A stretch of DNA of 64,000 nt, taken from a virus. Made by a program: the position numbers and the translations under genes. Location of the stretch: the IMG/VR virus record IMGVR_UViG_3300017716_002595, positions 41,693-105,692 of that record. One strand, written 5' to 3'. This document shows positions 38,547 to 48,710 of this stretch, in pieces. Numbering within the stretch: the stretch's first letter is position 1; the number at the start of each line of letters is the position of its first letter. The notes under the pieces are model-generated. The model was not told where the DNA came from. It saw only the letters and a program-made list of their open reading frames with translations, and made no database searches.

Positions 38547-39030
38547 ACTTTAGGGCAATACAGTTTTTAAATTATTAACGCGATCTTAGGACGCACAAAA
38601 CGTAAATCAAAATGAGTACACAATTCAACGAATGGGATATCCTATTTCACAATTTTTTCTTTCCAACAAGCGGATTCGGATCAGCATCCACAACCAAACA
38701 ACCACATCCATTAAACATCTATTATGACGAAACAGGCCTTCACTTTGAGGTAGCATGTACTGGTCTAACTAAAGAAGATGTTAAAGTAGATATTGAAGAC
38801 GATATCTTAAAAATCAGTTATGACAAACCTGAAGAACTTTTACATCCTGGTACAATCCATAGAAGTTTATCTAAAAAATCCTTTAATTTAGGTTACAAAA
38901 TTTCAAGTAAATATGATTTAAGTAAATCTGATGGTAAACTAGAAAATGGTTTACTAACAATCTTTATTCCTATTACTGAAAAAGCTAAACCTAAAACTAT
39001 TAAAATCAAATAAAAATATTGCCCTAAAGT
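38547..39030. repeat. 14-bp perfect inverted repeat bracketing the Hsp20 gene
   Basis: ACTTTAGGGCAATA (38547-38560) / TATTGCCCTAAAGT (39017-39030). Confidence 0.85.
38612..39013 (+). CDS. Small heat-shock protein (Hsp20)
   Basis: HPLNIY, EVACTGLTKEDV, LENGLLTIFIP, KPKTIKIK. Confidence 0.92.
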   Translation: MSTQFNEWDILFHNFFFPTSGFGSASTTKQPHPLNIYYDETGLHFEVACTGLTKEDVKVDIEDDILKISYDKPEELLHPGTIHRSLSKKSFNLGYKISSKYDLSKSDGKLENGLLTIFIPITEKAKPKTIKIK

Positions 39031-39061
39031 TAGGTTTTCTCAAAAATATTTTATACATTAC
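39030..39061 (+). promoter_or_regulatory. Probable sigma70 promoter
   Basis: TTAGG-N19-TACATTAC. Confidence 0.5.
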
Positions 39062-39065
39062 AGTT

Positions 39066-39245
39066 ATGAATCAAATAATTAAAATAAACGACGAATTATT
39101 TTTAGTAAAACGCGTTACAGGCGAACATTACGGACGATTTGCTCATTTATGGAACGAATTGTCTCCCACTAACAAAGTATTTAAAAAAGATAACCAAATG
39201 TACTTTTGTGAAGTGATAGAGGATGCAAACATTATAGAAAATTAA
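39066..39245 (+). CDS. Hypothetical protein (59 aa)
   Basis: MNQIIKINDELFLVKR...YFCEVIEDA read manually. Confidence 0.6.
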   Translation: MNQIIKINDELFLVKRVTGEHYGRFAHLWNELSPTNKVFKKDNQMYFCEVIEDANIIEN

Positions 39246-39270
39246 TATTAATATTTAAACCAAGAAGTTT

Positions 39271-39567
39271 ATGATCAAAGCCGTTTGGGACGCCATTATT
39301 GTAAAGGTGGACGAAAAAGCAGAAAAAATGCATGGTAAGTTTATTATCCCTGACTTATCTCAAGAAAAAGCAATTATAGGGAATGTTATTGATGTTGGGC
39401 CTGGAAGATGGAACAACGCTGGAGATGCCCTTATACCTATGTCTTTCAAAGTAGGGGATAGAGTAGTATTACCTCAAGTAGGACCTACTAAATTAGAATG
39501 GGATGGTGTAGAATACATCGCCGTTTCTGAAGCACAAGTATTAGCATTAATTGTAGAACAAAATTAA
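39271..39567 (+). CDS. groES: Co-chaperonin GroES
   Basis: IIPD..QEK, VIDVGPG, KVGDRV, DGVEY. Confidence 0.92.
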   Translation: MIKAVWDAIIVKVDEKAEKMHGKFIIPDLSQEKAIIGNVIDVGPGRWNNAGDALIPMSFKVGDRVVLPQVGPTKLEWDGVEYIAVSEAQVLALIVEQN

Positions 39568-39569
39568 AT

Positions 39570-41201
39570 ATGAAAACAGCTTTTAATCAAGAAGTAAAAG
39601 AAAAATTAGCTAAAGGAATTAAAACAGTAGCAGATGCTGTTGGTTCTACTTTAGGTCCATATGGACGAAATGTATTGTTTATCGATGAATTTGGGGGTGT
39701 ACGTAGCACAAAAGATGGTGTTACTGTAGCAAAAGAACTAAAAGAGCTTGAAGATCCATTAGAAAACATGGGAGCACAAACAGTAAAGCAAGCATCTATT
39801 AAAACAGCAGAAAAAGCTGGGGATGGTACTACAACTTCAACTGTAATAGCAAATGAATTAATACAAAAAGCATTTAGTAGTATTACACCAAATACAAATG
39901 TTGTATTAGTTAAAAAAGGAATTGAAGCAGCCATGACAGAAATTGTTTCAGGTTTAAAACAAATTAAACGTGAGATTAGCTCTGAAGAACAAATTAGACA
40001 AGTAGCAACTATATCAGCTAATAATGATGAAGAATTAGGAACACTAGTAGCAGAAGCTATGAATTTAGTAGGACAAGACGGTGTTGTAACTGTTGAGGAA
40101 TCTAAAACAGGTGAAACTTCATTAGAAACAGTTGAAGGTATTCAATTTGACAGAGGATACAAATCAATGTACTTTGTTACAGATAATAACTCAATGTCAT
40201 CTACTCTACAAGACCCAGTAATTTTAATATATGATGGTCGATTAGTAGCGGTTAAAGAATTACTTCCAATTCTTGAAGGTGCTTCTCAAGCAGATAGCTC
40301 ATTATTAATTATTGCTGAAGATATTGATGGTGAAGCATTATCTACATTAATTGTAAATAAAATGAGAGGTTTACTAAAAGTAGTAGCTGTTAAAGCTCCT
40401 GACTTTGGAGATAGACGTACTGCCGTTTTAGAAGATATCGCTACTGTAACGGGAGGTACTGTTGTGTCACCTGAAAAAGGAATGAAACTAGATCGTTTTA
40501 ACTCAGACTGGTTTGGTAAAGCACGTGTTGCTACCGTAACTAAAGATACTACTACAATTGTAGATGGTACTGGAGCTACAGGTGATATTGAAAATAGAGT
40601 AGCTGAATTAAAAGAGCAAATTGGAAAAGCTAATTCATCATTTGAAAAAGAGCATTTACAAGAGCGTTTAGGTAAATTAGTAGGTGGTGTAGCTGTAATC
40701 AATATTGGTGGTGCTACTGAAACTGAAATTAAAGAGAAAAAGGACCGTATTGATGATGCTCTTCAAGCAACAAAAGCTGCTTTAGAAGAAGGATTATTAC
40801 CAGGTGGAGGTATTGCTTTACTAGAAGCTAGAGAAGGAATTACTCAAACTAAAACAGATAACGACGATTTTAATTTAGGAAAAAGAATAGCATATTCTGC
40901 ATGTAGTGCTCCTTTCTTAAAAATCCTTACCAACGCTGGTATTGAAAATACTTCTGATATTTTATTTAACTTAAGACAAGCTAGATTGGATAACGGGGAA
41001 AAAGGTCGTACATTTGGGTATGATATTAAAACAGAAACTGTAACAGATATGTTTGAAGCTGGAATTATTGATCCTATGAAAGTAGTGAGAACCGCATTAT
41101 CAAACGCAGTATCAGTAGCAGGAACTATTTTATTAACTGAATGTGCAATTTATAACGAACCTAAAAAAGACAAAGATGATCAACAACAGTTTATGGGTTG
41201 A
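39570..41201 (+). CDS. groEL: Chaperonin GroEL
   Basis: TLGPYGRNV, TKDGVTVAKE, AGDGTTT, GIQFDRGY, KAPDFGDRR, GIIDPMKV. Confidence 0.97.
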   Translation: MKTAFNQEVKEKLAKGIKTVADAVGSTLGPYGRNVLFIDEFGGVRSTKDGVTVAKELKELEDPLENMGAQTVKQASIKTAEKAGDGTTTSTVIANELIQKAFSSITPNTNVVLVKKGIEAAMTEIVSGLKQIKREISSEEQIRQVATISANNDEELGTLVAEAMNLVGQDGVVTVEESKTGETSLETVEGIQFDRGYKSMYFVTDNNSMSSTLQDPVILIYDGRLVAVKELLPILEGASQADSSLLIIAEDIDGEALSTLIVNKMRGLLKVVAVKAPDFGDRRTAVLEDIATVTGGTVVSPEKGMKLDRFNSDWFGKARVATVTKDTTTIVDGTGATGDIENRVAELKEQIGKANSSFEKEHLQERLGKLVGGVAVINIGGATETEIKEKKDRIDDALQATKAALEEGLLPGGGIALLEAREGITQTKTDNDDFNLGKRIAYSACSAPFLKILTNAGIENTSDILFNLRQARLDNGEKGRTFGYDIKTETVTDMFEAGIIDPMKVVRTALSNAVSVAGTILLTECAIYNEPKKDKDDQQQFMG

Positions 41202-42087
41202 GAAATATCGTAGTCAAACACTAGATACATACGTGGGGAATGAAGGCATTAAAGCCTTCATCTCCAAATGTATTACAAAAAACGATATACCTCATTTATT
41301 ACTTTATGGTAAAGCCGGAACCGGAAAAACCACTTTAGCTAAATTAATTACTAAAAACATTAAATGTGATGTAATGTACATTAATGCGTCTGATGAAAGA
41401 GGTATTGATACTATTAGAGATAAAATTGTAGATTTTGCCTCTGTAAATAGTTTTAACCCAATCAAGGTTATTATATTAGATGAAGCAGACTATATAACGT
41501 CTCAAGCTCAAGCGGCTTTAAGAAATGTTATGGAAACATATTCTGCTAAAACTAGATTTATATTAACAGCAAACTATGCTGAGCGTATAATTGAGCCATT
41601 AAAAAGTAGATGTCAATCATTTCATATTGAACCACCTGCAAAAGGAGAAGTTGCAAAACATCTAGCAGGGATCTTAGATCAAGAGAATATGACATATGAA
41701 CTATCAGTACTAGCAAGCTTAGTAAAAGCATACTACCCAGATATTAGAAAAATAATAAATGCATCTCAACAATCTATAGATGATAATAATAATCTAAATC
41801 CTAATGCTTTAATTGCTGATATAGAAAATACATTAAATAATGTTATCCAATATTTAAAATCACCAAATAAACAAAGTTGGGCTAATATACGTCAAACTGT
41901 AGTAAATGATGATATAAATGATTTTATTCCTTTATTTACAGGAATATATGAACGAGCATCAGAATTTAGCGAATCACCAGCAGATGTATCAATCCACGCT
42001 GCTCAGTATATGTGGCAAAATAATTCAATTGCTGATCGTGAATTGAATTTTATGGCTTTTATTTCACAACTATTAAAAATTAAATAA
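41176..42087 (+). CDS. Clamp loader ATPase (RFC/gp44-like)
   Basis: LWVEKYR, GKAGTGKT, NASDERG, ILDEAD, SRC; likely start ATG 41176. Confidence 0.92.
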   Translation: MINNSLWVEKYRSQTLDTYVGNEGIKAFISKCITKNDIPHLLLYGKAGTGKTTLAKLITKNIKCDVMYINASDERGIDTIRDKIVDFASVNSFNPIKVIILDEADYITSQAQAALRNVMETYSAKTRFILTANYAERIIEPLKSRCQSFHIEPPAKGEVAKHLAGILDQENMTYELSVLASLVKAYYPDIRKIINASQQSIDDNNNLNPNALIADIENTLNNVIQYLKSPNKQSWANIRQTVVNDDINDFIPLFTGIYERASEFSESPADVSIHAAQYMWQNNSIADRELNFMAFISQLLKIK

Positions 42088-42308
42088 TGAATCAAAAAGA
42101 ATTAAACATGAATGTATCTTTACAAGATACTACACCTATTACTTGTGATGAATGTGGTCATGAAGTGTTTATAGAAGGCGTTATACTGCGTCAAGTATCA
42201 AAATTCCTAACAGGTACTGCACAAAATGCTTTAATGCCTATACCTGTATTTACTTGCGCTAAATGTGGACATGTAAATGAGCATTTTATGCCTAAAGATA
42301 AAGAATAA
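42087..42308 (+). CDS. Small zinc-ribbon protein
   Basis: CDECG...CAKCGH. Confidence 0.75.
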   Translation: MNQKELNMNVSLQDTTPITCDECGHEVFIEGVILRQVSKFLTGTAQNALMPIPVFTCAKCGHVNEHFMPKDKE

Positions 42309-42760
42309 TGACAGTTTGGGATTGGTTAAAACAGGTTACGTACATAAGGGAGCCTTGGGATAATTTTAGTGAAGAAGATAAAGAAAGTTTTAATGTCTAC
42401 ATGCTTCATAAGGTTATCTCAATGCATGAACCTTACATTGAATTAGCAAACTATTTACAAAAGTTCTGGTTGTTAACTCCAAAACAAGTATATGACGTAT
42501 ATTGTGGTTATTTACCTAAAACCTCTATATATGCTAAATACATTAAATCAAATCAACCAAAACCAAATCAAGAATTAGTTACTATATTAGCTAATCATTA
42601 TCAATTATCAACAAGAGAGATAAAATCTTATCTACATATATTAAGTGAAGATGAAATAAAAAATGTTTTAATTGGTAGAGGAGTAAATGAGGAAGAAATT
42701 CAAAAATTATTAGGTTATGAAAAAAGTACCAAAGCATCTAAAACCTCTTCTAGAGCATAA
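42308..42760 (+). CDS. Probable clamp loader small subunit (gp62-like)
   Basis: SFNVYMLHKVISM...ANYLQ...YLPK..YAKYIK; position after the gp44-like gene. Confidence 0.55.
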   Translation: MTVWDWLKQVTYIREPWDNFSEEDKESFNVYMLHKVISMHEPYIELANYLQKFWLLTPKQVYDVYCGYLPKTSIYAKYIKSNQPKPNQELVTILANHYQLSTREIKSYLHILSEDEIKNVLIGRGVNEEEIQKLLGYEKSTKASKTSSRA

Positions 42761-43658
42761 AGCTGAAGAAATTAATTGGGAAACAGATAAAATTGTATCT
42801 TACTCTCAATTTTCAACTTGGAAACAGTGTCCCCATAAATGGAAACTTCAAAATGTAGATAAACTTAAAAATCCACCAAGTATTCATTTAATATTTGGAA
42901 CTTCAATGCATACTGCTATACAACATTATTTAAAAGTAATGTATGAACAAAGTGGGGCAGCTGCTGATAGAGAAGATATAATTAAATTATTTGAAGATAC
43001 TCTTAGAGAAGAATACAAAAAAGGTTTTGAGCAAAATAAACAAGTCCATTTTTCAAATGCTGAAGAGATGGCTGAGTTTTTTGAAGATGGAAAGACAATA
43101 CTAGAATACTTTAAAAGAAAAAAAGGAGGTTATTTTTCAACTCGTAAAACACATCTTGTAGGAATAGAATTTCCTTTATCTTATTCACCACATGAAGGGT
43201 ATCCTAATGTTAAATTTAAAGGATTTATTGATCTTATATTTTACAACGAGAATACAGAAAAATTATACATCTATGATATAAAAACTTCAACTCGTGGGTG
43301 GAAAGACCAAGATAAAAAAGATGAAACCAAAACATCCCAAATCTTACTCTACAAATCATATTTCAGTAAAATATTTAATTGGGATGTAGATAAAATAGAT
43401 GTTGAGTTCTTCATTGTAAAACGAAAAATATGGGAAGAAAGTGATTTCCCCATTCCTCGAATTCAAGAATTTATCCCTCCATCAGGAACAAGAAAACGTT
43501 TGAATGCTACAGAAGCTTTTCGTACATTCATTGAAGATTGTTTCAATACAGAAGGTAAACCACAAGAAAAGGAATTTACAAAAATTGTAAGTCCATTATG
43601 TAAATGGTGTCAATTTAATGATAAACCTTCTCTCTGTAATAAAATCAATTCTTTATAA
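42717..43658 (+). CDS. PD-(D/E)XK exonuclease (AddB/Cas4-like Fe-S staple)
   Basis: SYSQ...QCP, FGTSMH, GFIDL, YDIKTS, CKWC...C. Confidence 0.85.
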   Translation: MKKVPKHLKPLLEHKAEEINWETDKIVSYSQFSTWKQCPHKWKLQNVDKLKNPPSIHLIFGTSMHTAIQHYLKVMYEQSGAAADREDIIKLFEDTLREEYKKGFEQNKQVHFSNAEEMAEFFEDGKTILEYFKRKKGGYFSTRKTHLVGIEFPLSYSPHEGYPNVKFKGFIDLIFYNENTEKLYIYDIKTSTRGWKDQDKKDETKTSQILLYKSYFSKIFNWDVDKIDVEFFIVKRKIWEESDFPIPRIQEFIPPSGTRKRLNATEAFRTFIEDCFNTEGKPQEKEFTKIVSPLCKWCQFNDKPSLCNKINSL

Positions 43659-43692
43659 ATTTACATATATTTATATCCAAATATATAACATT

Positions 43693-43896
43693 ATGGCAAG
43701 TAAAAACGAAAAATTAACTTTAACAAGTGTAAAAGTACACGAAGATCTATTTGATGAGTTTAAAGTAGCAAGTATTAAAAACAAATTTAATTTACAAAAA
43801 TTAACAAACCGAGCAATGCATCTTTATTTAAATAATGATGAATTTCGCAAACAACTACACAACCACACTGAATTAGTGTTGAGTGGCAGTCTTTAA
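43693..43896 (+). CDS. Ribbon-helix-helix DNA-binding protein
   Basis: LTSVKVHEDLFDEFK...LQKLTNRAMHLY; start ATG 43693. Confidence 0.6.
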   Translation: MASKNEKLTLTSVKVHEDLFDEFKVASIKNKFNLQKLTNRAMHLYLNNDEFRKQLHNHTELVLSGSL

Positions 43897-43913
43897 AAGT
43901 TTTAACAAACGTT

Positions 43914-45356
43914 ATGAAAAAACATTACATCCCTCAGGAGCAACGAAAAAAAATCCTTATTCTATCTGATGACATCAGAACAACATCCGGGATTGCTACT
44001 ATGACAAGAGAAATGGTTTTAGGAACATGTCACCATTTCAATTGGGTAAATTTAGGAGCAACAATCAAAAACCCAGATGAAGGTAAAAAAATCGACTTAA
44101 GTGGAGATTCAAACAAATTTAATGGTATAACGGATGCTAGTGTTTTCCTCTATCCATCATCCGGATATGGTACTATTGAAAGAGTAAGAGAATTACTTAA
44201 AATAGAAAAACCAGATGCAATAATGCTATTCACTGATCCCCGTTATTGGGAATGGTTATGGGTACATGAAAGAGAAATACGTTCTCAAGTTCCAATCTTA
44301 TATCTTAATATTTGGGATTCATTACCTTATCCAATATATAATAGAGGATATTATGATTCATGTGACTTATTAATGGCAATTTCTAAACAAACTGAAAATA
44401 TAAACAGAGTTGTATTAGGAGAAAAAGCTAAAAGTAAAGTAATTACTTATGTTCCTCATGGTATTAATGAAGATATTTTCTTCCCTATCGATGAAAATCA
44501 TGAAAAATGGGATGAATTACAACAATTTAAAAAACAATTATTTAATGGTAAAGAATATGAATTTACATTAATGTTTAACTCAAGAAACATTAGACGTAAA
44601 TCATTTCCAGATACATTATTAGCTTGGAAAATGTTTGTAGATGGATTACCTGAAGATAAAAAAGATAAAGTAGCATTTATTGCTCATACTCAACCCATAG
44701 ATGAAAATGGTACTGATTTAAATGCTGTTATTGAAATGATTTGGGGTAAAACACCACCAAACGTATTCATTACTGGTTTAAATAGATTCGTACCTGAACA
44801 AATGAACTTACTATATAATTGCTCAGATGCGGGTATATTAATATCTTCAAATGAAGGATGGGGATTATCTTTAACAGAAGCAATGATGTGTGGTAAACCT
44901 ATTATTGCTAATGTAACTGGAGGTATGCAAGACCAAATGAGATTCGAAGACGAAAATGGCGAATGGGTTCAATTTACAGAAGAATTTGGTTCTAATCATT
45001 TTGGAAAATATAAAAAACATGGTGAATGGGCATTTCCTGTATTCCCTAGCAACATGAGTTTAATTGGTTCCGTACCAACACCTTATATATTTGATGATAG
45101 AGCAGATTTTAGAGATGCTGCTGATCAAATTAAAGTACTCTATAATTTAGGGAAAGAAGAAAGAACAAATAAAGGAAAAGCGGCTAGAAAATGGGTAATG
45201 TCTGATGAAGCTATGATGACTTCTAAAAATATGTCTATCAATGTTATAAATTCTATTAATAAGACTTTAGAAACATTTACACCAAGACCATCTTACGATT
45301 TTATCCACATTAATGAACTACCAGCAAAACAAAACAAACATATAATTTCGTTATGA
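43914..45356 (+). CDS. Glycosyltransferase family 4
   Basis: VPHGI, RNIRRK, NEGWGLSLTEAM..GKPII. Confidence 0.88.
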   Translation: MKKHYIPQEQRKKILILSDDIRTTSGIATMTREMVLGTCHHFNWVNLGATIKNPDEGKKIDLSGDSNKFNGITDASVFLYPSSGYGTIERVRELLKIEKPDAIMLFTDPRYWEWLWVHEREIRSQVPILYLNIWDSLPYPIYNRGYYDSCDLLMAISKQTENINRVVLGEKAKSKVITYVPHGINEDIFFPIDENHEKWDELQQFKKQLFNGKEYEFTLMFNSRNIRRKSFPDTLLAWKMFVDGLPEDKKDKVAFIAHTQPIDENGTDLNAVIEMIWGKTPPNVFITGLNRFVPEQMNLLYNCSDAGILISSNEGWGLSLTEAMMCGKPIIANVTGGMQDQMRFEDENGEWVQFTEEFGSNHFGKYKKHGEWAFPVFPSNMSLIGSVPTPYIFDDRADFRDAADQIKVLYNLGKEERTNKGKAARKWVMSDEAMMTSKNMSINVINSINKTLETFTPRPSYDFIHINELPAKQNKHIISL

Positions 45357-46654
45357 GTAAACCACTTTGCATAATCAGTAGCCCAGTAGACACTTTTAGT
45401 GGGTATGGAGCTAGATCACGTGATTTTATAAAATCTCTTATTAAAGTTAAAGGAGAAGAATGGGATATTAAACTATTATCTCAACGTTGGGGACAAACTC
45501 CATTTGGAGCATTAGATCCAAATATAGAAGAAGAAGCAGATCTAAAAAATCGCATCATAGGACAAGTAACTATGCAACTACCAGCAAGACCAGATGTATG
45601 GATTCAAATTACAGTACCTAATGAATTTCAACCTGTTGGAAGTAAATTTAATCTTGGAGTAACAGCTGGAATTGAGACTACCATCTGTGATCCTTCTTGG
45701 ATAGATGGTTTGAATAAAATGGATTTAAATTTAGTTTCATCTGAACATTCAAAACAGGTATTTACATCTAGTAAATTTGAACAAAAAAATCAAGTAGGAC
45801 AAGTTACTAATATTATTGAATTAAAAAAACCTATAGAAATTTTATTTGAAGGTGCAGATTTAACTAAATACTTTAAAATAACTGAAAAGAACGATTTTAA
45901 TATTTATAAAGATTTAGATTCTATTAAAGAAAATTTTGCATTTTTATTCGTAGGTCATTGGTTACAAGGTGATTTTGGTGAAGATAGAAAAAATGTGGGT
46001 TATTTAATTAAAGCATTTTTAGAAACTTTTAAATATAAAAAAGTTCAACCTGCCTTAATTTTAAAAATATCACAAGGAGCTACCTCTATATTAGATAGAG
46101 ATAGAATTCTTAATAAAATAGATGATATTAGAAAAACTGTTCATGGGGGTAAAAAAGCTAATATTTACGTAATACACGGCGATTTAACCGATGAAGAGAT
46201 AAACGCCATATACAACCACCAAAAAGTAAAGGCAATGGTTAATCTTACAAAAGGAGAAGGATTTGGAAGACCATTACTTGAATTTAGTGTAGTAGGTAAA
46301 CCTATTATTGCTTCTGGTTGGAGTGGTCATTTAGATTTCTTACCTTCAGAATTCGCAGGTTTAGTAGGAGGTACATTAAATAATGTTCATCAAAGTGCGC
46401 ATGTTCAAAATACTATTCTACTAGAAAGTCAGTGGTTTAAACCAGATGATAATCAAGTAGGACATGCCCTTACTGAAGTTTTTGACAAATATAAAACATA
46501 TCAAGAAAAAGCAAAACGTTTAGCATTTAAAAATAAACAAGAATTTTCGTTTGATAAAATGACAGAAAAACTAGACGAATTGTTAAAACAATATGTTCCT
46601 GAATTTCCTAAACATGTTGAAATTAAATTACCAAAATTAAAAAAGATAGAATAA
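45353..46654 (+). CDS. Glycosyltransferase family 4
   Basis: SGYG, DRKN, GEGFGRPLLEF..GKPII. Confidence 0.88.
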   Translation: MSKPLCIISSPVDTFSGYGARSRDFIKSLIKVKGEEWDIKLLSQRWGQTPFGALDPNIEEEADLKNRIIGQVTMQLPARPDVWIQITVPNEFQPVGSKFNLGVTAGIETTICDPSWIDGLNKMDLNLVSSEHSKQVFTSSKFEQKNQVGQVTNIIELKKPIEILFEGADLTKYFKITEKNDFNIYKDLDSIKENFAFLFVGHWLQGDFGEDRKNVGYLIKAFLETFKYKKVQPALILKISQGATSILDRDRILNKIDDIRKTVHGGKKANIYVIHGDLTDEEINAIYNHQKVKAMVNLTKGEGFGRPLLEFSVVGKPIIASGWSGHLDFLPSEFAGLVGGTLNNVHQSAHVQNTILLESQWFKPDDNQVGHALTEVFDKYKTYQEKAKRLAFKNKQEFSFDKMTEKLDELLKQYVPEFPKHVEIKLPKLKKIE

Positions 46655-46655
46655 C

Positions 46656-47087
46656 ATGAACGATAATTTAGTAAAATGTCCTCATTGTGAAGCCGAAATG
46701 TGTTATGAGTACCATAATCCACAATACATCCAATGGATGTGTTTTAACTGTGGGTATGGTAGTACATCACATATGGTTAAAGATAGTGACTTTGTAAAAT
46801 CATCTAAAGAAGTATTACCTGAATTAATTAAAGATTTAGAATTTACAGATGAGAACGATTTTGTATGGTACCCAAGTACTATTAACATTCCTGAAAAAGG
46901 AATATTATTTCCTAATGGGAGTAATAAAGATAATTGGATGTGGGCTGTTGCTCCGTTAACTCTTATCACAAAGGAAGAAAAATCTCGTTTTCCTAAAAAA
47001 CAAACACATAAAGTTGATTTGAGTAACATGCAATATTTTCCTAAAGAAGAATTTGCTAGAGCAGTTACTACCTTAAACGAGTTGTAA
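46656..47087 (+). CDS. Zinc-ribbon hypothetical protein
   Basis: CPHC...CFNCG. Confidence 0.7.
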   Translation: MNDNLVKCPHCEAEMCYEYHNPQYIQWMCFNCGYGSTSHMVKDSDFVKSSKEVLPELIKDLEFTDENDFVWYPSTINIPEKGILFPNGSNKDNWMWAVAPLTLITKEEKSRFPKKQTHKVDLSNMQYFPKEEFARAVTTLNEL

Positions 47088-47089
47088 AA

Positions 47090-47707
47090 ATGAAAATTAG
47101 TTATGCTATAACAGTTTGTAATGAATTGGAGGAAATTAAACGTTTAGTTTCTTTCCTCCTTTCAAACAAACGAAAAGAAGATGAGATAATAATCTTGTTT
47201 GATGATAAAGGTACTGAGGAAGTTTGGAATTATTTAATCCAAGTAGAAGGAGACATAGCGCTACTTCACAAAGCTCAATTTAAGAATGACTTCAGTGAAT
47301 GGAAAAACAAACTGTCCAAATTATGCTCAGGAGATTATATCTTTCAAATAGACGCAGATGAAATCCCTAACTTAACCTTAATTGAACATCTCCCAGAAAT
47401 ACTTGAAATGAATCAAGGAATAGATGTACTTCTAGTTCCTAGAGTAAATACTGTAGAAGGACTAACCCAAGAACATATACAAAAATGGGGATGGGTAGTA
47501 GATAATCAAGGATGGGTTAATTACCCTGATTTTCAATGGAGAATCTACAAAAACACACCAGACATTAAATGGATAAACAAAGTACATGAAAGATTAATAG
47601 GGTACAAAACTATATCAAATTTACCTCAAATGGAAGCCTGTTCTTTATATCATCCTAAAACAATTGAAAGACAAGAAAAACAAAACGATTATTACGAAAC
47701 ATTATGA
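47090..47707 (+). CDS. Glycosyltransferase family 2
   Basis: ISYAITVCNE, IFQIDADE, YPDFQWR, VHE. Confidence 0.88.
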   Translation: MKISYAITVCNELEEIKRLVSFLLSNKRKEDEIIILFDDKGTEEVWNYLIQVEGDIALLHKAQFKNDFSEWKNKLSKLCSGDYIFQIDADEIPNLTLIEHLPEILEMNQGIDVLLVPRVNTVEGLTQEHIQKWGWVVDNQGWVNYPDFQWRIYKNTPDIKWINKVHERLIGYKTISNLPQMEACSLYHPKTIERQEKQNDYYETL

Positions 47708-48702
47708 AAATACTAATTACAGGAATAGCAGGATTACTTGGAAGTAGATTAGCAGATTGGATTATTATTAATCATCCTGAAGTTGAAATTATTGGGATAG
47801 ATGATTTAAGTGGAGGTTATATTGATAATGTTAATTCTAAAGTACAATTTCACCAAATTAATATAGCAACAGAACCTCATAAACTTAACACATTATTTCA
47901 AAATACACATCCTGATTATGTATATCATTTTGCTGCATATGCTGCTGAGGGATTATCTCCTTTTATTAGACACTACAATTATACTAATAATCTGTTATCT
48001 ACAGCTAATATTGTAAATAATTGTATTAACTATGATATTAAACGTTTAGTATTTACATCTACAATGGCCGTATATGGACATGGTGAAGGAGGTATATTTC
48101 ATGAAGATATGCGCCGTAACCCAATCGATCCTTATGGAGTTGCTAAAGCAGCTTGTGAACGTGATATTGAAATTGCTAATGAACAACATGGATTAGATTA
48201 TTGTATTATTCGTCCTCATAATGTATTTGGAGCTAATCAAAATATTTGGGACAAATACCGAAATGTATTAGGAATTTGGATGTATTATCATATGGAAGGA
48301 AAACCTATTACTATTTTTGGTGATGGAACTCAAAAACGAGCTTTTAGTTATATTGATGATTCTTTAGAACCATTATGGAATGCTTCTATTAGACCTGAAG
48401 CATCTAAACAAATAATTAATTTAGGAGGAATTCATGAGTATAGTATAAATGAAGCCGCTCAAACACTTTCTGAAGTATTAGGTGGTGCTGAAAAAATCCA
48501 CTTAGAAGGGAGACATGAAGTCCACACAGCTGTTCCTACATTCCAAAAATCTATAGATATTTTAGGTTTTGAACATAAGACTGATTTAAAAGAAGGATTA
48601 GAAAAAATGTGGAAATGGGCTCAAAATCAACCAAAAAGAGAAAGATTTGTATGGGATGATTATGAAATCGAAAAAGGAATTTATACATTCTGGAAAAAAT
48701 AA
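47704..48702 (+). CDS. NAD-dependent sugar epimerase/dehydratase
   Basis: TGIAGLLGS, TSTMAVYG, YGVAK, RPHNVFG. Confidence 0.9.
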   Translation: MKILITGIAGLLGSRLADWIIINHPEVEIIGIDDLSGGYIDNVNSKVQFHQINIATEPHKLNTLFQNTHPDYVYHFAAYAAEGLSPFIRHYNYTNNLLSTANIVNNCINYDIKRLVFTSTMAVYGHGEGGIFHEDMRRNPIDPYGVAKAACERDIEIANEQHGLDYCIIRPHNVFGANQNIWDKYRNVLGIWMYYHMEGKPITIFGDGTQKRAFSYIDDSLEPLWNASIRPEASKQIINLGGIHEYSINEAAQTLSEVLGGAEKIHLEGRHEVHTAVPTFQKSIDILGFEHKTDLKEGLEKMWKWAQNQPKRERFVWDDYEIEKGIYTFWKK

Positions 48703-48710
48703 AAATTATT

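Noticed and set aside
42717-43658. Cas4-like nuclease as evidence of CRISPR-Cas
   Set aside because: No repeat-spacer array or other cas genes are present; solo PD-(D/E)XK nucleases are common in phages.
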